From the NCBI RefSeq assembly GCF_003018255.1, contig NZ_CP027440.1: DNA of 64,000 bases; one strand, 5' to 3'. A program made the position numbers and the translations under genes. The notes under the pieces are model-generated. The model was not told the DNA's origin and searched no databases. It was given only the letters and a program-made list of their open reading frames with translations. The first letter of the stretch is position 1; the number at the start of each line of letters is the position of its first letter. Shown one piece after another: positions 1 through 12,247 of the stretch. This stretch comes from Escherichia coli. GTDB taxonomy: Bacteria > Pseudomonadota > Gammaproteobacteria > Enterobacterales > Enterobacteriaceae.

Positions 1-43
1 CACTGGATAGATTATTAGCAGCATAATATGGGGTGAGGATAAT

Positions 44-67
44 GGCCGCTCCGTGCGGCCTTTTGAT
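44..67 (+). terminator. GC-rich hairpin GGCCGC-TCCGT-GCGGCC followed by TTTT; likely intrinsic terminator of the upstream plus-strand gene
   Basis: Inverted repeat plus T-run read directly at 44-64; abuts the yniB stop codon (67-69 on minus strand). Confidence 0.5.
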
Positions 68-603
68 TAAATAAACCCCAGCAGAGAAAAGAACACATAA
101 CCTGCAGCAATACAAATAACCGGCAGGATATACAGCGAGAAAAACTGCAGGAAAATAGTATGGTGCGGCACAACAATACGTGACTCAATTTGTTCACGCG
201 TTAGCCCCTCTTCCCCTTTGGCTTTTTCCAGAATGAGTTGATCTTCAACACCTTCCCGCAAGAAGCGCGCCTGGCGACTCATCCGGGCACCGGAATCCTG
301 CAACGCCAGTCCGACAAAAATCAGGAAGAAAATCACCCAGAACATAACGTTCACGCCACCATTAAAATTGGGCGTCGGGGAGTTATACCAGAACAGATTC
401 AAAAAAGGCGTATTCGCCTGCATCATATCGATCATGACATGAGTAAAGTCGAGCATGACCGCATTAATGCCTTCCTGGTTTTCCTGCCGGGTATTCATAA
501 ATTTAAGCAAAGAAATCAATGTAGAGATCAATGCAGGTATAAAAATCACCCAACCCAAAATCCTTTTCAAAACAGCAATGCGTCCAGCTTGTTGATACGT
601 CAT
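67..603 (-). CDS. yniB: inner membrane protein YniB
   Basis: 178-aa ORF, multiple hydrophobic segments; matches recalled YniB length and position upstream of yniC. Confidence 0.8.
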   Translation of the reverse strand: MTYQQAGRIAVLKRILGWVIFIPALISTLISLLKFMNTRQENQEGINAVMLDFTHVMIDMMQANTPFLNLFWYNSPTPNFNGGVNVMFWVIFFLIFVGLALQDSGARMSRQARFLREGVEDQLILEKAKGEEGLTREQIESRIVVPHHTIFLQFFSLYILPVICIAAGYVFFSLLGFI

Positions 604-749
604 GAGTTCTCCTTGATTAAGACGCGTCGTTTCACTTAGTTTACCTGTAGATATCTGTTTTCGCCCATTCTTTAAAGGCGATATGATAGGCGCTTAATCA
701 TAAGCACGGCTTAATACCTTACATATAATGCTCTAAAGGAGAGGTTGTA

Positions 750-1418
750 ATGTCAACCCCGCGTCAGATTCTTGCTGCAATTTTTGATATGGATGGATTA
801 CTTATCGACTCAGAACCTTTATGGGATCGAGCCGAACTGGATGTGATGGCAAGCCTGGGGGTGGATATCTCCCGTCGTAACGAGCTGCCGGACACCTTAG
901 GTTTACGCATCGATATGGTGGTCGATCTTTGGTACGCCCGGCAACCATGGAATGGGCCAAGCCGTCAGGAAGTAGTAGAACAAGTTATTGCTCGTGCCAT
1001 TTCACTGGTTGAAGAGACGCGTCCATTATTACCAGGTGTGCGTGAAGCCGTTGCGTTATGCAAAGAACAAGGTTTATTGGTGGGGCTGGCCTCCGCGTCA
1101 CCGCTGCATATGCTGGAAAAAGTATTGACCATGTTTGATTTACGCGACAGTTTCGATGCCCTCGCCTCGGCTGAAAAATTGCCTTACAGCAAGCCGCATC
1201 CGCAAGTATATCTCGACTGCGCAGCAAAACTGGGGGTTGACCCTCTGACCTGCGTGGCACTGGAAGATTCGGTAAATGGCATGATCGCCTCTAAAGCAGC
1301 CCGCATGCGTTCCATCGTCGTTCCTGCGCCAGAAGCGCAAAATGATCCACGTTTTGTATTAGCAAACGTCAAACTCTCATCGCTGACAGAACTCACCGCA
1401 AAAGACCTTCTCGGTTAA
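750..1418 (+). CDS. yniC: HAD-superfamily sugar phosphatase (2-deoxyglucose-6-phosphatase HxpB/YniC)
   Basis: 222-aa ORF with N-terminal HAD motif I (FDMDGLLIDSE); RBS aaggagag upstream. Confidence 0.85.
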   Translation: MSTPRQILAAIFDMDGLLIDSEPLWDRAELDVMASLGVDISRRNELPDTLGLRIDMVVDLWYARQPWNGPSRQEVVEQVIARAISLVEETRPLLPGVREAVALCKEQGLLVGLASASPLHMLEKVLTMFDLRDSFDALASAEKLPYSKPHPQVYLDCAAKLGVDPLTCVALEDSVNGMIASKAARMRSIVVPAPEAQNDPRFVLANVKLSSLTELTAKDLLG

Positions 1419-1529
1419 TGACCAGGGGGCAGTGATCACACTGCCCCTGGTTCTTTATCTGAATTTGCATTCAACTGACGGATTAATCGCCAATTTAAGA
1501 GAAAGAGTTACACCGTCACCACTTCCGTG

Positions 1530-1567
1530 CACTGTATAAAAACCCTATACTGTACGTATCGACAGTT
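1530..1567 (+). promoter_or_regulatory. Tandem overlapping LexA (SOS) boxes upstream of ydjM
   Basis: CACTGTATAAAAACCCTATA (1530-1549) and TACTGTACGTATCGACAGTT (1548-1567); second is a perfect CTGT-N8-ACAG box, ends 15 bp before the ydjM ATG. Confidence 0.8.
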
Positions 1568-1581
1568 TAGTGAGTTTTATC

Positions 1582-2172
1582 ATGACGGCGGAAGGTCACC
1601 TTCTCTTTTCTATTGCTTGTGCGGTATTTGCCAAAAATGCCGAGCTGACGCCCGTGCTGGCACAGGGTGACTGGTGGCATATTGTCCCTTCCGCAATCCT
1701 GACGTGTTTGTTACCGGACATCGATCACCCAAAGTCGTTTCTTGGGCAGCGATTAAAGTGGATATCAAAACCAATCGCCCGCGCTTTTGGGCATCGTGGT
1801 TTTACCCACAGTCTGCTGGCGGTATTTGCGCTGCTGGCAACCTTTTACCTTAAGGTTCCTGAAAGCTGGTTCATTCCGGCTGATGCGCTACAAGGAATGG
1901 TGCTGGGTTATTTGAGCCACATACTTGCCGATATGCTGACACCCGCCGGTGTTCCCCTGCTCTGGCCATGCCGCTGGCGTTTCCGCTTGCCTATCCTGGT
2001 TCCCCAAAAGGGCAACCAACTGGAACGTTTTATCTGCATGGCATTATTTGTCTGGTCGGTATGGATGCCCCATTCATTACCCGAAAACAGCGCTGTCCGT
2101 TGGTCATCGCAAATGATCAATACCTTGCAGATCCAGTTTCATCGGCTTATTAAGCATCAGGTTGAATACTAA
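1582..2172 (+). CDS. ydjM: SOS-regulated inner membrane protein YdjM
   Basis: ORF 1570-2172; start placed at ATG 1582 (MTAEGHLLF...); LexA boxes immediately upstream. Confidence 0.85.
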   Translation: MTAEGHLLFSIACAVFAKNAELTPVLAQGDWWHIVPSAILTCLLPDIDHPKSFLGQRLKWISKPIARAFGHRGFTHSLLAVFALLATFYLKVPESWFIPADALQGMVLGYLSHILADMLTPAGVPLLWPCRWRFRLPILVPQKGNQLERFICMALFVWSVWMPHSLPENSAVRWSSQMINTLQIQFHRLIKHQVEY

Positions 2173-2304
2173 AAAGGCAAAAATCACCTTTCTGGAATAA
2201 GCAATTCCATTTGAATATAAGAGCCAGCTCACAGTTCTGTTAATCTTGCGCCAACACTATGACTGCTACGCAGTGATAGAAATAATAAGATCAGGAGAAC
2301 GGGG

Positions 2305-3696
2305 ATGAACTTTCCATTAATTGCGAACATCGTGGTGTTCGTTGTACTGCTGTTTGCGCTGGCTCAGACCCGCCATAAACAGTGGAGTCTGGCGAAAAAA
2401 GTGCTGGTGGGTCTGGTGATGGGTGTGGTTTTTGGCCTCGCCCTGCATACCATTTATGGTTCTGACAGCCAGGTACTTAAAGATTCTGTACAGTGGTTTA
2501 ACATTGTTGGTAACGGCTATGTTCAACTCCTGCAAATGATCGTTATGCCGTTAGTCTTTGCCTCTATTCTGAGCGCGGTTGCCCGTCTGCATAACGCATC
2601 ACAGTTAGGCAAAATCAGTTTTCTGACCATCGGAACGCTTTTGTTTACCACACTGATTGCGGCGCTGGTCGGTGTGCTGGTCACCAACCTGTTTGGTTTG
2701 ACGGCTGAAGGTCTGGTTCAGGGTGGTGCAGAAACTGCACGTTTGAACGCCATCGAAAGTAACTATGTTGGTAAAGTCTCTGACCTGAGCGTTCCGCAGC
2801 TGGTCTTGTCCTTTATCCCGAAAAACCCGTTTGCCGATTTGACCGGAGCCAATCCGACGTCAATTATCAGCGTGGTAATTTTTGCCGCATTCCTCGGCGT
2901 AGCTGCGCTGAAGCTGCTGAAGGATGATGCGCCGAAAGGTGAACGCGTCTTAACCGCTATCGATACCCTGCAAAGCTGGGTGATGAAACTGGTTCGCCTG
3001 GTCATGCAGCTGACCCCTTACGGCGTTCTGGCGCTGATGACCAAAGTGGTTGCAGGTTCTAACCTGCAAGACATCATCAAACTGGGAAGTTTCGTTGTCG
3101 CGTCCTACCTCGGTCTTCTGATTATGTTTGCAGTGCATGGCCTTCTGCTGGGTATTAATGGCGTGAGCCCGCTGAAGTACTTCCGTAAGGTATGGCCAGT
3201 ACTGACGTTTGCCTTTACCAGCCGTTCCAGTGCTGCGTCTATCCCACTGAATGTGGAAGCACAAACGCGTCGACTCGGTGTTCCTGAATCCATCGCCAGT
3301 TTCGCCGCCTCTTTCGGTGCAACCATTGGTCAGAACGGCTGTGCCGGTTTGTATCCGGCGATGCTGGCGGTGATGGTTGCGCCTACGGTTGGCATTAACC
3401 CGATGGACCCGATGTGGATTGCGACGCTGGTCGGTATTGTTACCGTTAGTTCCGCAGGCGTTGCCGGTGTCGGTGGTGGTGCAACTTTCGCCGCACTGAT
3501 TGTGCTGCCTGCGATGGGCCTGCCGGTAACGCTGGTGGCATTGTTAATCTCCGTTGAACCGCTTATCGACATGGGTCGTACGGCGCTAAACGTTAGTGGC
3601 TCGATGACCGCTGGCACGCTGACCAGCCAGTGGCTGAAGCAAACCGATAAAGCTATTCTGGATAGCGAAGACGACGCCGAACTGGCACACCGTTAA
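2305..3696 (+). CDS. tcyP: L-cystine transporter (sodium:dicarboxylate symporter family) TcyP/YdjN
   Basis: 463-aa polytopic membrane ORF; RBS caggagaacgggg upstream. Confidence 0.85.
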   Translation: MNFPLIANIVVFVVLLFALAQTRHKQWSLAKKVLVGLVMGVVFGLALHTIYGSDSQVLKDSVQWFNIVGNGYVQLLQMIVMPLVFASILSAVARLHNASQLGKISFLTIGTLLFTTLIAALVGVLVTNLFGLTAEGLVQGGAETARLNAIESNYVGKVSDLSVPQLVLSFIPKNPFADLTGANPTSIISVVIFAAFLGVAALKLLKDDAPKGERVLTAIDTLQSWVMKLVRLVMQLTPYGVLALMTKVVAGSNLQDIIKLGSFVVASYLGLLIMFAVHGLLLGINGVSPLKYFRKVWPVLTFAFTSRSSAASIPLNVEAQTRRLGVPESIASFAASFGATIGQNGCAGLYPAMLAVMVAPTVGINPMDPMWIATLVGIVTVSSAGVAGVGGGATFAALIVLPAMGLPVTLVALLISVEPLIDMGRTALNVSGSMTAGTLTSQWLKQTDKAILDSEDDAELAHR

Positions 3697-3718
3697 TCCT
3701 GATTTGTTACGTTAAACG

Positions 3719-3744
3719 CCTGTCATCCCGACAGGTGTTTTTTT
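3719..3744 (+). terminator. Intrinsic terminator of tcyP (CCTGTC-ATCCC-GACAGG + T8)
   Basis: Hairpin plus T-run read directly; T-run overlaps the cedA stop codon on the opposite strand. Confidence 0.75.
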
Positions 3745-3985
3745 ATTCTTCGACCTCATTTTCCTGACGAATCTGATTTGCCCAACGCTGGGCGGATTCA
3801 GGCACAGTAAACGCCGGTGAGCGCAGAAATGACTCTCCCATCAGTACAAACGCAACATATTTGCCACGCAGCATCCAGACATCACGAAACGAATCCATCT
3901 TTATCGCATGTTCTGGCGGCGCGGGTTCCGTGCGTGGGACATAGCTAATAATCTGGCGGTTTTGCTGACGGAGCGGTTTCTTCAT
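3743..3985 (-). CDS. cedA: cell division modulator CedA
   Basis: ORF 3743-4006; start placed at internal ATG 3985 (MKKPLRQQNRQ...) giving 80 aa. Confidence 0.8.
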   Translation of the reverse strand: MKKPLRQQNRQIISYVPRTEPAPPEHAIKMDSFRDVWMLRGKYVAFVLMGESFLRSPAFTVPESAQRWANQIRQENEVEE

Positions 3986-4188
3986 TACTGGCTTCACTAA
4001 ACGCATATTAAAAATCAGAAAAACTGTAGTTTAGCCGATTTAGCCCCTGTACGTCCCGCTTTGCGTGTATTTCATAACACCGTTTCCAGAATAGTTTCCG
4101 AAGCGGGATCTGGCTGGTGGTCTATAGTTAGAGGGTTTTTTGACCAAAACAGCGGCCCTTTCAGTAATAATTTAAGGAGACGAGTTCA

Positions 4189-6450
4189 ATGTCGCAACAT
4201 AACGAAAAGAACCCACATCAGCACCAGTCACCACTACACGATTCCAGCGAAGCGAAACCGGGGATGGACTCACTGGCACCTGAAGACGGATCTCATCGTC
4301 CAGCGGCTGAACCAACACCGCCTGGTGCACAACCTACCGCCCCAGGGAGCCTGAAAGCCCCTGATACGCGTAACGAAAAACTTAATTCTCTGGAAGACGT
4401 ACGCAAAGGCAGTGAAAATTATGCGCTGACCACTAACCAGGGCGTGCGCATCGCCGATGATCAAAACTCACTGCGTGCCGGTAGCCGTGGTCCAACGCTG
4501 CTGGAAGATTTTATTCTGCGCGAGAAAATCACTCACTTTGACCATGAGCGCATCCCGGAACGTATTGTTCATGCACGCGGATCAGCCGCTCACGGTTATT
4601 TCCAGCCATATAAAAGCTTAAGCGATATCACCAAAGCGGATTTCCTCTCAGATCCGAACAAAATCACCCCAGTATTTGTACGTTTCTCTACCGTTCAGGG
4701 TGGTGCTGGCTCTGCCGATACCGTGCGTGATATCCGTGGCTTTGCCACCAAGTTCTATACTGAAGAGGGTATTTTTGACCTCGTTGGCAATAACACGCCA
4801 ATCTTCTTTATCCAGGATGCGCATAAATTCCCCGATTTTGTTCATGCGGTAAAACCAGAACCGCACTGGGCAATTCCACAAGGGCAAAGCGCCCACGATA
4901 CTTTCTGGGATTATGTTTCTCTGCAACCTGAAACTCTGCACAACGTGATGTGGGCGATGTCGGATCGCGGGATCCCGCGCAGTTACCGCACCATGGAAGG
5001 CTTCGGTATTCACACCTTCCGCCTGATTAATGCCGAAGGGAAGGCAACGTTCGTACGTTTCCACTGGAAACCACTGGCAGGTAAAGCCTCACTCGTTTGG
5101 GATGAAGCACAAAAACTAACCGGACGTGACCCGGACTTCCACCGCCGCGAGTTGTGGGAAGCCATCGAAGCAGGCGATTTTCCGGAATACGAACTGGGCT
5201 TCCAGTTGATTCCTGAGGAAGATGAATTTAAGTTCGACTTCGACCTTCTTGATCCAACTAAACTTATCCCGGAAGAACTGGTGCCCGTTCAGCGTGTCGG
5301 CAAAATGGTGCTCAATCGCAATCCGGATAACTTTTTTGCCGAAAACGAACAAGCAGCATTCCATCCAGGTCATATTGTTCCTGGTCTGGACTTCACCAAT
5401 GATCCCCTGTTGCAGGGACGTTTGTTCTCTTATACCGATACACAAATCAGTCGTCTTGGTGGGCCGAATTTCCATGAGATTCCGATTAACCGTCCGACCT
5501 GCCCTTACCATAATTTCCAGCGTGATGGCATGCATCGTATGGGGATCGACACTAACCCGGCGAATTACGAACCGAACTCGATCAACGATAACTGGCCGCG
5601 CGAAACACCGCCGGGGCCGAAACGCGGCGGTTTTGAATCATACCAGGAACGCGTGGAAGGCAATAAAGTTCGCGAGCGCAGCCCATCATTTGGCGAATAT
5701 TATTCTCATCCGCGCCTGTTCTGGTTAAGTCAGACGCCGTTCGAGCAGCGCCATATTGTTGATGGTTTTAGTTTTGAGTTAAGCAAAGTAGTACGCCCGT
5801 ATATTCGTGAGCGCGTTGTTGACCAGTTGGCGCATATCGATCTTAACCTTGCGCAGGCGGTAGCAAAAAATCTCGGTATTGAGCTGACTGACGATCAACT
5901 GAATATTACGCCGCCACCGGACGTCAACGGGCTGAAAAAAGATCCTGCGTTAAGTCTGTACGCCATTCCTGACGGTGATGTGAAAGGTCGCGTGGTAGCG
6001 ATTTTGCTTAATGATGAAGTGAGATCGGCAGACCTTCTGGCCATTCTCAAGGCGCTGAAGGCCAAAGGCGTTCATGCCAAACTGCTCTATTCCCGAATGG
6101 GTGAAGTGACTGCGGATGACGGTACGGTGTTGCCTATAGCCGCTACCTTTGCCGGTGCGCCTTCGCTGACGGTCGATGCGGTCATTGTCCCTTGCGGCAA
6201 TATCGCGGATATCGCTGACAACGGCGATGCCAACTACTATCTGATGGAAGCCTACAAACACCTTAAACCGATTGCGCTGGCAGGAGACGCGCGCAAGTTT
6301 AAAGCAACAATCAAGGTCGCTGACCAGGGTGAAGAAGGGATTGTGGAAGCTGACAGCGCCGACGGTAGTTTTATGGATGAACTGTTAACGCTGATGGCAG
6401 CACACCGCGTGTGGTCACGTATTCCTAAGATTGACAAAATTCCTGCCTGA
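4189..6450 (+). CDS. katE: catalase HPII (large-subunit monofunctional catalase)
   Basis: 753-aa ORF with catalase core sequence; RBS aaggagacgag upstream. Confidence 0.95.
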   Translation: MSQHNEKNPHQHQSPLHDSSEAKPGMDSLAPEDGSHRPAAEPTPPGAQPTAPGSLKAPDTRNEKLNSLEDVRKGSENYALTTNQGVRIADDQNSLRAGSRGPTLLEDFILREKITHFDHERIPERIVHARGSAAHGYFQPYKSLSDITKADFLSDPNKITPVFVRFSTVQGGAGSADTVRDIRGFATKFYTEEGIFDLVGNNTPIFFIQDAHKFPDFVHAVKPEPHWAIPQGQSAHDTFWDYVSLQPETLHNVMWAMSDRGIPRSYRTMEGFGIHTFRLINAEGKATFVRFHWKPLAGKASLVWDEAQKLTGRDPDFHRRELWEAIEAGDFPEYELGFQLIPEEDEFKFDFDLLDPTKLIPEELVPVQRVGKMVLNRNPDNFFAENEQAAFHPGHIVPGLDFTNDPLLQGRLFSYTDTQISRLGGPNFHEIPINRPTCPYHNFQRDGMHRMGIDTNPANYEPNSINDNWPRETPPGPKRGGFESYQERVEGNKVRERSPSFGEYYSHPRLFWLSQTPFEQRHIVDGFSFELSKVVRPYIRERVVDQLAHIDLNLAQAVAKNLGIELTDDQLNITPPPDVNGLKKDPALSLYAIPDGDVKGRVVAILLNDEVRSADLLAILKALKAKGVHAKLLYSRMGEVTADDGTVLPIAATFAGAPSLTVDAVIVPCGNIADIADNGDANYYLMEAYKHLKPIALAGDARKFKATIKVADQGEEGIVEADSADGSFMDELLTLMAAHRVWSRIPKIDKIPA

Positions 6451-6454
6451 TGGG

Positions 6455-6700
6455 AGGCGGCGCAGTTGCGCCGCCTCAAATGATTTACATAGTGCGCTTT
6501 GTTTATGTCGGATGCGGCGTGAACGCCTTATCCGGCCTACAAAACTGTGCAAATTCAATATATTGCAGGAAAAACGTAGGCCTGATAAGCGAAGCGCATC
6601 AGGCAGTTTTGCGTTTGTCAGCAGTCTCAAGCGGCGCAGTTACGCCGCCTTTGTAGGAATTAATCGCCGGATGCAAGGTTCACGCCGCATCTGGCAAACA
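6455..6700. repeat. BIME/RIP-type cluster of REP palindromes (katE-chbG intergenic)
   Basis: Hairpin GAGGCGGCGC...GCGCCGCCTC at 6455-6478; canonical REP units GGATGCGGCGTGAACGCCTTATCCGGCCTAC (about 6510-6545) and inverted copies at about 6578-6607 and 6663-6697; central segment resembles an IHF-site-containing RIP element. Confidence 0.8.
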
Positions 6701-6707
6701 TCCTCAC

Positions 6708-7478
<771 letters not shown>

Positions 7479-8831
7479 TTAATGTGCTTTTTTAAGCTCT
7501 GCGATGCAGTCGGCAAAATTTGGCAACCATTTCTCGTGCGCCAGAATCATCTCGCGTGCCAGCAGCTCAGCATCGCGATCGGAATGCACCAACGGACTAA
7601 GGTTTAGGGCCAGTAACACATCGTTAAACTCTCCGCTAAGTGCGGCGTTGCTGGCAGCAATCTCGAAGCCTTTAATGGTGTGAATCAGCCCCATCACTTT
7701 ATCATCGAAATGCGTAATGCGCGGATGTGGCGTCGCGCCATCGCGCCCCAGCGTACAGGTCATTTCTACCGCCCAGTCTGCCGGAATATTATCAATATGC
7801 CCATGATGCGGGATATTAACGTAATGTTCAGCTTGCTTGTCGTTGTAGATAGCGTTGATCACTTCGCACGCTGCATCAGAGTAATAAGCCCCACCGCGCT
7901 GTTCCAGTTCTTTCGGCTTAACTTTCAACTCCGGGTTTTTATATAGCTCAAAAAGTTGTTTCTCGACTTTCTGTACTACCTGCGCTCGTGCGCCGCCTTT
8001 GTAGTATTCGCCCATTTCAATAGCCAGCATCTCTTTTTGCTTGAAGTAATAAAGCAAATAAGAACACGGCAACAGATTCATAGAACGAATTAAGCCTTCG
8101 CTAAATGGCAGATCGAAAATATTTTTAACGCCAGATGCTTTTAACTGCCCGGATGCCACACCATCAAGCAATTCGGCAAAGCGTGATTTGCCATTTACCA
8201 GCACATCCTTAATGAACACCATATGGTTGAGGCCGAACAGATCGATAGATAAATCATCGCTGTCTTTCAGCATCAGAACATCGCGAATAAACATCTTCAT
8301 GCCGATCGGAATATTACACACGCCGATAAAGCGTTTAAATCCGGTATGACGATAAACGGCTTCAGTGACCATTCCCGCCGGGTTAGTGAAGTTAATCACC
8401 CATGCATTCGGACATAGTTCTTCGACATCTTTTACGATGTCAAAAATCACCGGAATGGTACGCAGACCTTTAAACAGACCGCCCGCACCGTTAGTTTCCT
8501 GACCAAGATAACCATGACTTAATGGAATACGTTCATCCAGTTCGCGCGCCGGTAATTGGCCAACGCGCAGTTGGGTAGTAACGAAATCAGCATCTTTCAA
8601 TGCTTCGCGGCGATCCAGCGTTTTATAAAGCTTCATCGGGACGCCAGCGTTATCAATCATCCGTTGGCAGAGATCAAAAATAATATCCAGTTTCGCTTTA
8701 CCACCTTCGACATCCACCAGCCATAATTCGCTGACCGGCAATTCGTGATAACGCTTAATAAATCCTTCCAGTAACTCCGGGGTATAGCTGCTCCCGCCAC
8801 CAATAGTGACGACTTTTAATTTCTGGCTCAT
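7479..8831 (-). CDS. chbF: 6-phospho-beta-glucosidase (GH4 family, NAD/Mn-dependent) ChbF
   Basis: ORF 7479-8900; start placed at ATG 8831 (MSQKLKVVTIGGGSSYTPEL, NAD-binding fold) with RBS gggag upstream; 450 aa. Confidence 0.9.
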   Translation of the reverse strand: MSQKLKVVTIGGGSSYTPELLEGFIKRYHELPVSELWLVDVEGGKAKLDIIFDLCQRMIDNAGVPMKLYKTLDRREALKDADFVTTQLRVGQLPARELDERIPLSHGYLGQETNGAGGLFKGLRTIPVIFDIVKDVEELCPNAWVINFTNPAGMVTEAVYRHTGFKRFIGVCNIPIGMKMFIRDVLMLKDSDDLSIDLFGLNHMVFIKDVLVNGKSRFAELLDGVASGQLKASGVKNIFDLPFSEGLIRSMNLLPCSYLLYYFKQKEMLAIEMGEYYKGGARAQVVQKVEKQLFELYKNPELKVKPKELEQRGGAYYSDAACEVINAIYNDKQAEHYVNIPHHGHIDNIPADWAVEMTCTLGRDGATPHPRITHFDDKVMGLIHTIKGFEIAASNAALSGEFNDVLLALNLSPLVHSDRDAELLAREMILAHEKWLPNFADCIAELKKAH

Positions 8832-8934
8832 AATTTCTCCCTTCAGTACAGAATTCTGATATCTGGCATATCTGCCCCCCGGACATAAATAATCCAGCAA
8901 CAGGACAGATATGTGAATTGTCAGGTATAACGAC

Positions 8935-9777
8935 TTACTGATTAAATTCAGTCAATTTCTTACGATAGCTCTTAGGCGTAAAGGATGTTAATTTCTTAAA
9001 CGTTTTAATAAACAAGCTCGGGCTACTATAACCGGCCTCAAACGCAATATCCGTCACTGAATAGTTGGTCATTTCCAGTTGTTTTTTGGCAAAATTAATA
9101 CGGATTTCATTAATAATCTGCATTGGCGTTTTACCATAGTATCGTTGAGTCGCTCGCGTCAAATATTCCTGTGATTTGGCTGACAACGTCACCATATTCT
9201 CCAGCGCCGATTCACTAAACTGCTCTTTATCATGCATCTTTTCTACCGTACTTTTCAGCCACTGCGGTATATCATCAATCACCTGTTCTTCGCGGTAATG
9301 ACGTAAACGGTTAATGACATAAAAAGTAACCATCTCAACAAACTCTTCCAGCCCTGTTTCGCGGAAATTCAATGAAGAAATCACTGTTTCCACATAGGTG
9401 AGAAAAGCGTTATTGGTCCGGTATACCTGCGAAGCGACAAAGCAATAAGGCAACAACGGCAGGTAATGCTGCTCAAAAAAGCGTTTACTGATCCCAACGT
9501 TCAATATACGCGTGGCACCAAATTCATAAAAACTTTGATGGTGCGAACCTAACGGAATAAAAACAAAATCGCCCCGTTCCAGTAACACGCGCTTACCGTT
9601 AATCTCCTGGAAATAACGCCCGGTTAATACCAGAGTAAATTCATAATAGTCGTGCTGATGCAGTCCGCTGATACTCTCAGTTTTATTGTAGATAAACACA
9701 TGGAAATTTTTGCCATTAAACAACTGCTGTTCTCGGGCAGTGGCAATTTCCAGCGCGTTAATCACTGGCTGCATCAT
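8935..9777 (-). CDS. chbR: AraC-family dual regulator of the chb operon ChbR
   Basis: 280-aa ORF with C-terminal AraC-type HTH. Confidence 0.9.
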   Translation of the reverse strand: MMQPVINALEIATAREQQLFNGKNFHVFIYNKTESISGLHQHDYYEFTLVLTGRYFQEINGKRVLLERGDFVFIPLGSHHQSFYEFGATRILNVGISKRFFEQHYLPLLPYCFVASQVYRTNNAFLTYVETVISSLNFRETGLEEFVEMVTFYVINRLRHYREEQVIDDIPQWLKSTVEKMHDKEQFSESALENMVTLSAKSQEYLTRATQRYYGKTPMQIINEIRINFAKKQLEMTNYSVTDIAFEAGYSSPSLFIKTFKKLTSFTPKSYRKKLTEFNQ

Positions 9778-9784
9778 CGACTCC

Positions 9785-10135
9785 TTATGCCTTCAGTTTT
9801 TCATGAAGCTCAATTAATTCAGTAATCAGTTCACGCGCAAGCATGGACGTCATTAAATGATCCTGAGCGTGGACCAGCACCAGACTCACTTTCATCTTAC
9901 CTTCGCCCGCATCGCCTTCAATCAGTTTCGTCTGTACCAGATGCGCTTCATTCAATGCCATCCGTGACTGATCCATCATGGTTTTTGCTGCGGCAAAATC
10001 GCCCTGCTTCGCCTGTTTCAGTGCCGCATACGCCAGGCTGCGCGCTTGTCCGGAGTTGATGATAAGCCCCATCACCACTTCTTCCAGCTCTTCAACTTCC
10101 GTTTGCGTATCGGGAATATTATCGAGATCCATCAT
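9785..10135 (-). CDS. chbA: PTS chitobiose-specific EIIA component
   Basis: 116-aa ORF, lactose/cellobiose-family EIIA. Confidence 0.9.
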   Translation of the reverse strand: MMDLDNIPDTQTEVEELEEVVMGLIINSGQARSLAYAALKQAKQGDFAAAKTMMDQSRMALNEAHLVQTKLIEGDAGEGKMKVSLVLVHAQDHLMTSMLARELITELIELHEKLKA

Positions 10136-10185
10136 ACATCGTTCCTCTCTATTCTTACCGGCACGATTACCCGTACCGGCATCGA

Positions 10186-11544
10186 TTAAAATTTCAGGGC
10201 GTTAGCGATATCTTCTTCGCTCTCTTCTTTATCAATCGCGTTTTGTGCTTTGTTAGCCACCACAACAAAGGGCAGATAAATTAACGTTGCGATACCAAGG
10301 TTGAAGAGTGCGACCAGCAATGCGGCGACGCTACCGTTGGTGTTAAAGAAGGCTCCCAGACCGGTTGGCATGGTCCACGGTGCAATATTGGTCACCGGAG
10401 GAATAATGCCCATGTAGTAAGCTGCGAGGGTGATTGCCGCCAGAATCGGTTGTACCAGTACAAACGGAATAAACATCACCGGGTTCATGATAATTGGCAG
10501 ACCAAACAGAATCGGTTCGTTAATCTGGAAGATGCCGGACGGCAGCGCCAGTTTTGCCACCTGACGATAATCAGCACGGCGAGAGGCGATAAAGATAGCC
10601 AGGATCAGACCTAAAGTCGCACCACTGCCCCCAAGGAAAATAAAGGAGTCCAGCATCGGCTTGGCCCAGATATGGAAGGTCTTACCGGCTGCCAGCGCCG
10701 CTTCGACGGAACCATATTGCTGATAGGTCGCGATATTTTCCAGCGCCCACGGCGTCATAATGCCGTTGTCCAGTGCGGTCAGCGCCAGCGCACCATGAAT
10801 ACCGAAGAACCAGAGCAGTGGAACAAAGATCACATAGGCCCAGCCCACCACGCTACCCAACGATGCCAGTGGGGTTGAGATGGTATCCATAATGATCTGA
10901 TGGAAGTTGGTGCCCCAGGTATTCAACGCCCAGGCAATAATCCCCATCACGGAAAGAATAATAAAGCCGGGAATTAAAGCCGAGAAGGAACGCGATACTG
11001 AAGCAGGTACGCTATCGGGCAATTTAATGACCCAATTGCGGTGGACAATAAAGGTAAACATTTCTGCCACCGCCAGGCCAATAATAATCCCGGAGATGAT
11101 ATTCGCCCCACCTAACCAGTTTGCGCCAACCGCATAGGCCTCACCGACACTATATGGGGTGACGGTCATAAATGCTGCAACAGATAACAACCCAGCCGCC
11201 AGCGCATCGACTTTACGCTCTTCTGCCAGCGCCATGCCAATAAAGAACGGTGCCATTAAAGACATTATCCCTAATGTTCCGTTATATACGTTGCCGCCAA
11301 TACCTTTCAGACCATTAAGTGTTTCAATGGTTGAGGCATCCAGGCGAATACCTAAGGAATAAAAAAACGACCCCTCCCCAAAGCTTAGAAAAACGTTGTT
11401 AATTAATACAAACATGGCCCCCGCAAGGGTTAACGGCATTAAGCGAATAAAGCCATTTTTGATTGCATTAACGTGTGGCTGCTTTCCTATTTTAACTGCA
11501 AAAGGGAGGAGTACCTTTTCAAGCGATGCAATAACATTACTCAT
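10186..11544 (-). CDS. chbC: PTS chitobiose-specific EIIC permease
   Basis: 452-aa polytopic membrane ORF. Confidence 0.9.
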   Translation of the reverse strand: MSNVIASLEKVLLPFAVKIGKQPHVNAIKNGFIRLMPLTLAGAMFVLINNVFLSFGEGSFFYSLGIRLDASTIETLNGLKGIGGNVYNGTLGIMSLMAPFFIGMALAEERKVDALAAGLLSVAAFMTVTPYSVGEAYAVGANWLGGANIISGIIIGLAVAEMFTFIVHRNWVIKLPDSVPASVSRSFSALIPGFIILSVMGIIAWALNTWGTNFHQIIMDTISTPLASLGSVVGWAYVIFVPLLWFFGIHGALALTALDNGIMTPWALENIATYQQYGSVEAALAAGKTFHIWAKPMLDSFIFLGGSGATLGLILAIFIASRRADYRQVAKLALPSGIFQINEPILFGLPIIMNPVMFIPFVLVQPILAAITLAAYYMGIIPPVTNIAPWTMPTGLGAFFNTNGSVAALLVALFNLGIATLIYLPFVVVANKAQNAIDKEESEEDIANALKF

Positions 11545-11628
11545 AGAAAAATACCCTTTAAAACCGCAATTTAAATATTGCGGTATTGATTTATGAAATA
11601 ACTCTTTGACGGGAAAATTTAAAATAAA

Positions 11629-11949
11629 TTAATTTGCTGCGGCTTTTTTAATCGCTGCAACCGCAGCCTTAAGCACGCCTAAACCATCGACTTTGCCATA
11701 AAGCAGCGAGTCAATTACTTCAACCGGTTTGTTGGGTAACAAACGCTGGATTTCGGGCAACATATAAGCAATCTGCGGCCCTAATAACACGACATCGGCA
11801 TTCTGACCTTTTTCACCAGCCAGTGTTTCCGGAAATGCTTCAATAATGACCGGAACTTCATATTTTTCTGCCTGTGCGCGCATTTTTGATACCAGTAAAG
11901 AGGTAGACATGCCCGCAGAACAAAACAGATAAATGTGTTTCTTTTCCAT
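11629..11949 (-). CDS. chbB: PTS chitobiose-specific EIIB component
   Basis: 106-aa ORF with phosphorylatable Cys ([11 protein letters not shown]). Confidence 0.9.
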   Translation of the reverse strand: MEKKHIYLFCSAGMSTSLLVSKMRAQAEKYEVPVIIEAFPETLAGEKGQNADVVLLGPQIAYMLPEIQRLLPNKPVEVIDSLLYGKVDGLGVLKAAVAAIKKAAAN

Positions 11950-12187
11950 AAAACTGCCCTCATCGACGATTATCTGTCAGCCAGACACTCCGCAAGCCTT
12001 AACCTGCTTCCATGCTCTGGGTAACTTGCGAAACCAACATGACTTTTTTTGTGGCTGAAAGGAGTATACGGTATAGGCCTGAGCAATAGTATTTCTTTGA
12101 CCTTATAAATTGTCTCTCCTTGACCTGTGGTTATGACCCTCTTCACATTTCGGGCAAATAATTCGCGAAGATAATTAAGAACACAGG

Positions 12188-12217
12188 CCAAAAAAAACCG
12201 GCGCAATGGCCGGTTTC
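12188..12217 (-). terminator. Intrinsic terminator downstream of osmE
   Basis: Hairpin AAACCGGCCATTGCGCCGGTTT followed by T-run on the minus strand, about 30 nt past the osmE stop. Confidence 0.7.
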
Positions 12218-12247
12218 CGTTGTTACTCAAGCTTTCAGGCGAAGTGA

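Noticed and set aside
1-12. 12-mer CACTGGATAGAT at the window start identical to the cho LexA-box core at 13812-13823
   Set aside because: At the window start the downstream half is not palindromic (no CCAG/ACAG partner), so it is not an SOS box; most likely a chance match.
7479-8900. N-terminal extensions suggested by the ORF track for chbF, astD, ves, xthA, ydjX, ydjY, ynjC, ynjD, ynjE, topB, selD, ydjA, sppA, ansA, pncA, yeaC, msrB, gapA, yeaD, yeaJ, yeaO, yeaP, cedA, dmlR
   Set aside because: The longest-ORF starts lack RBS context and read through upstream genes or promoters; internal ATG/GTG codons with Shine-Dalgarno sequences and recognisable mature N-termini were used instead.
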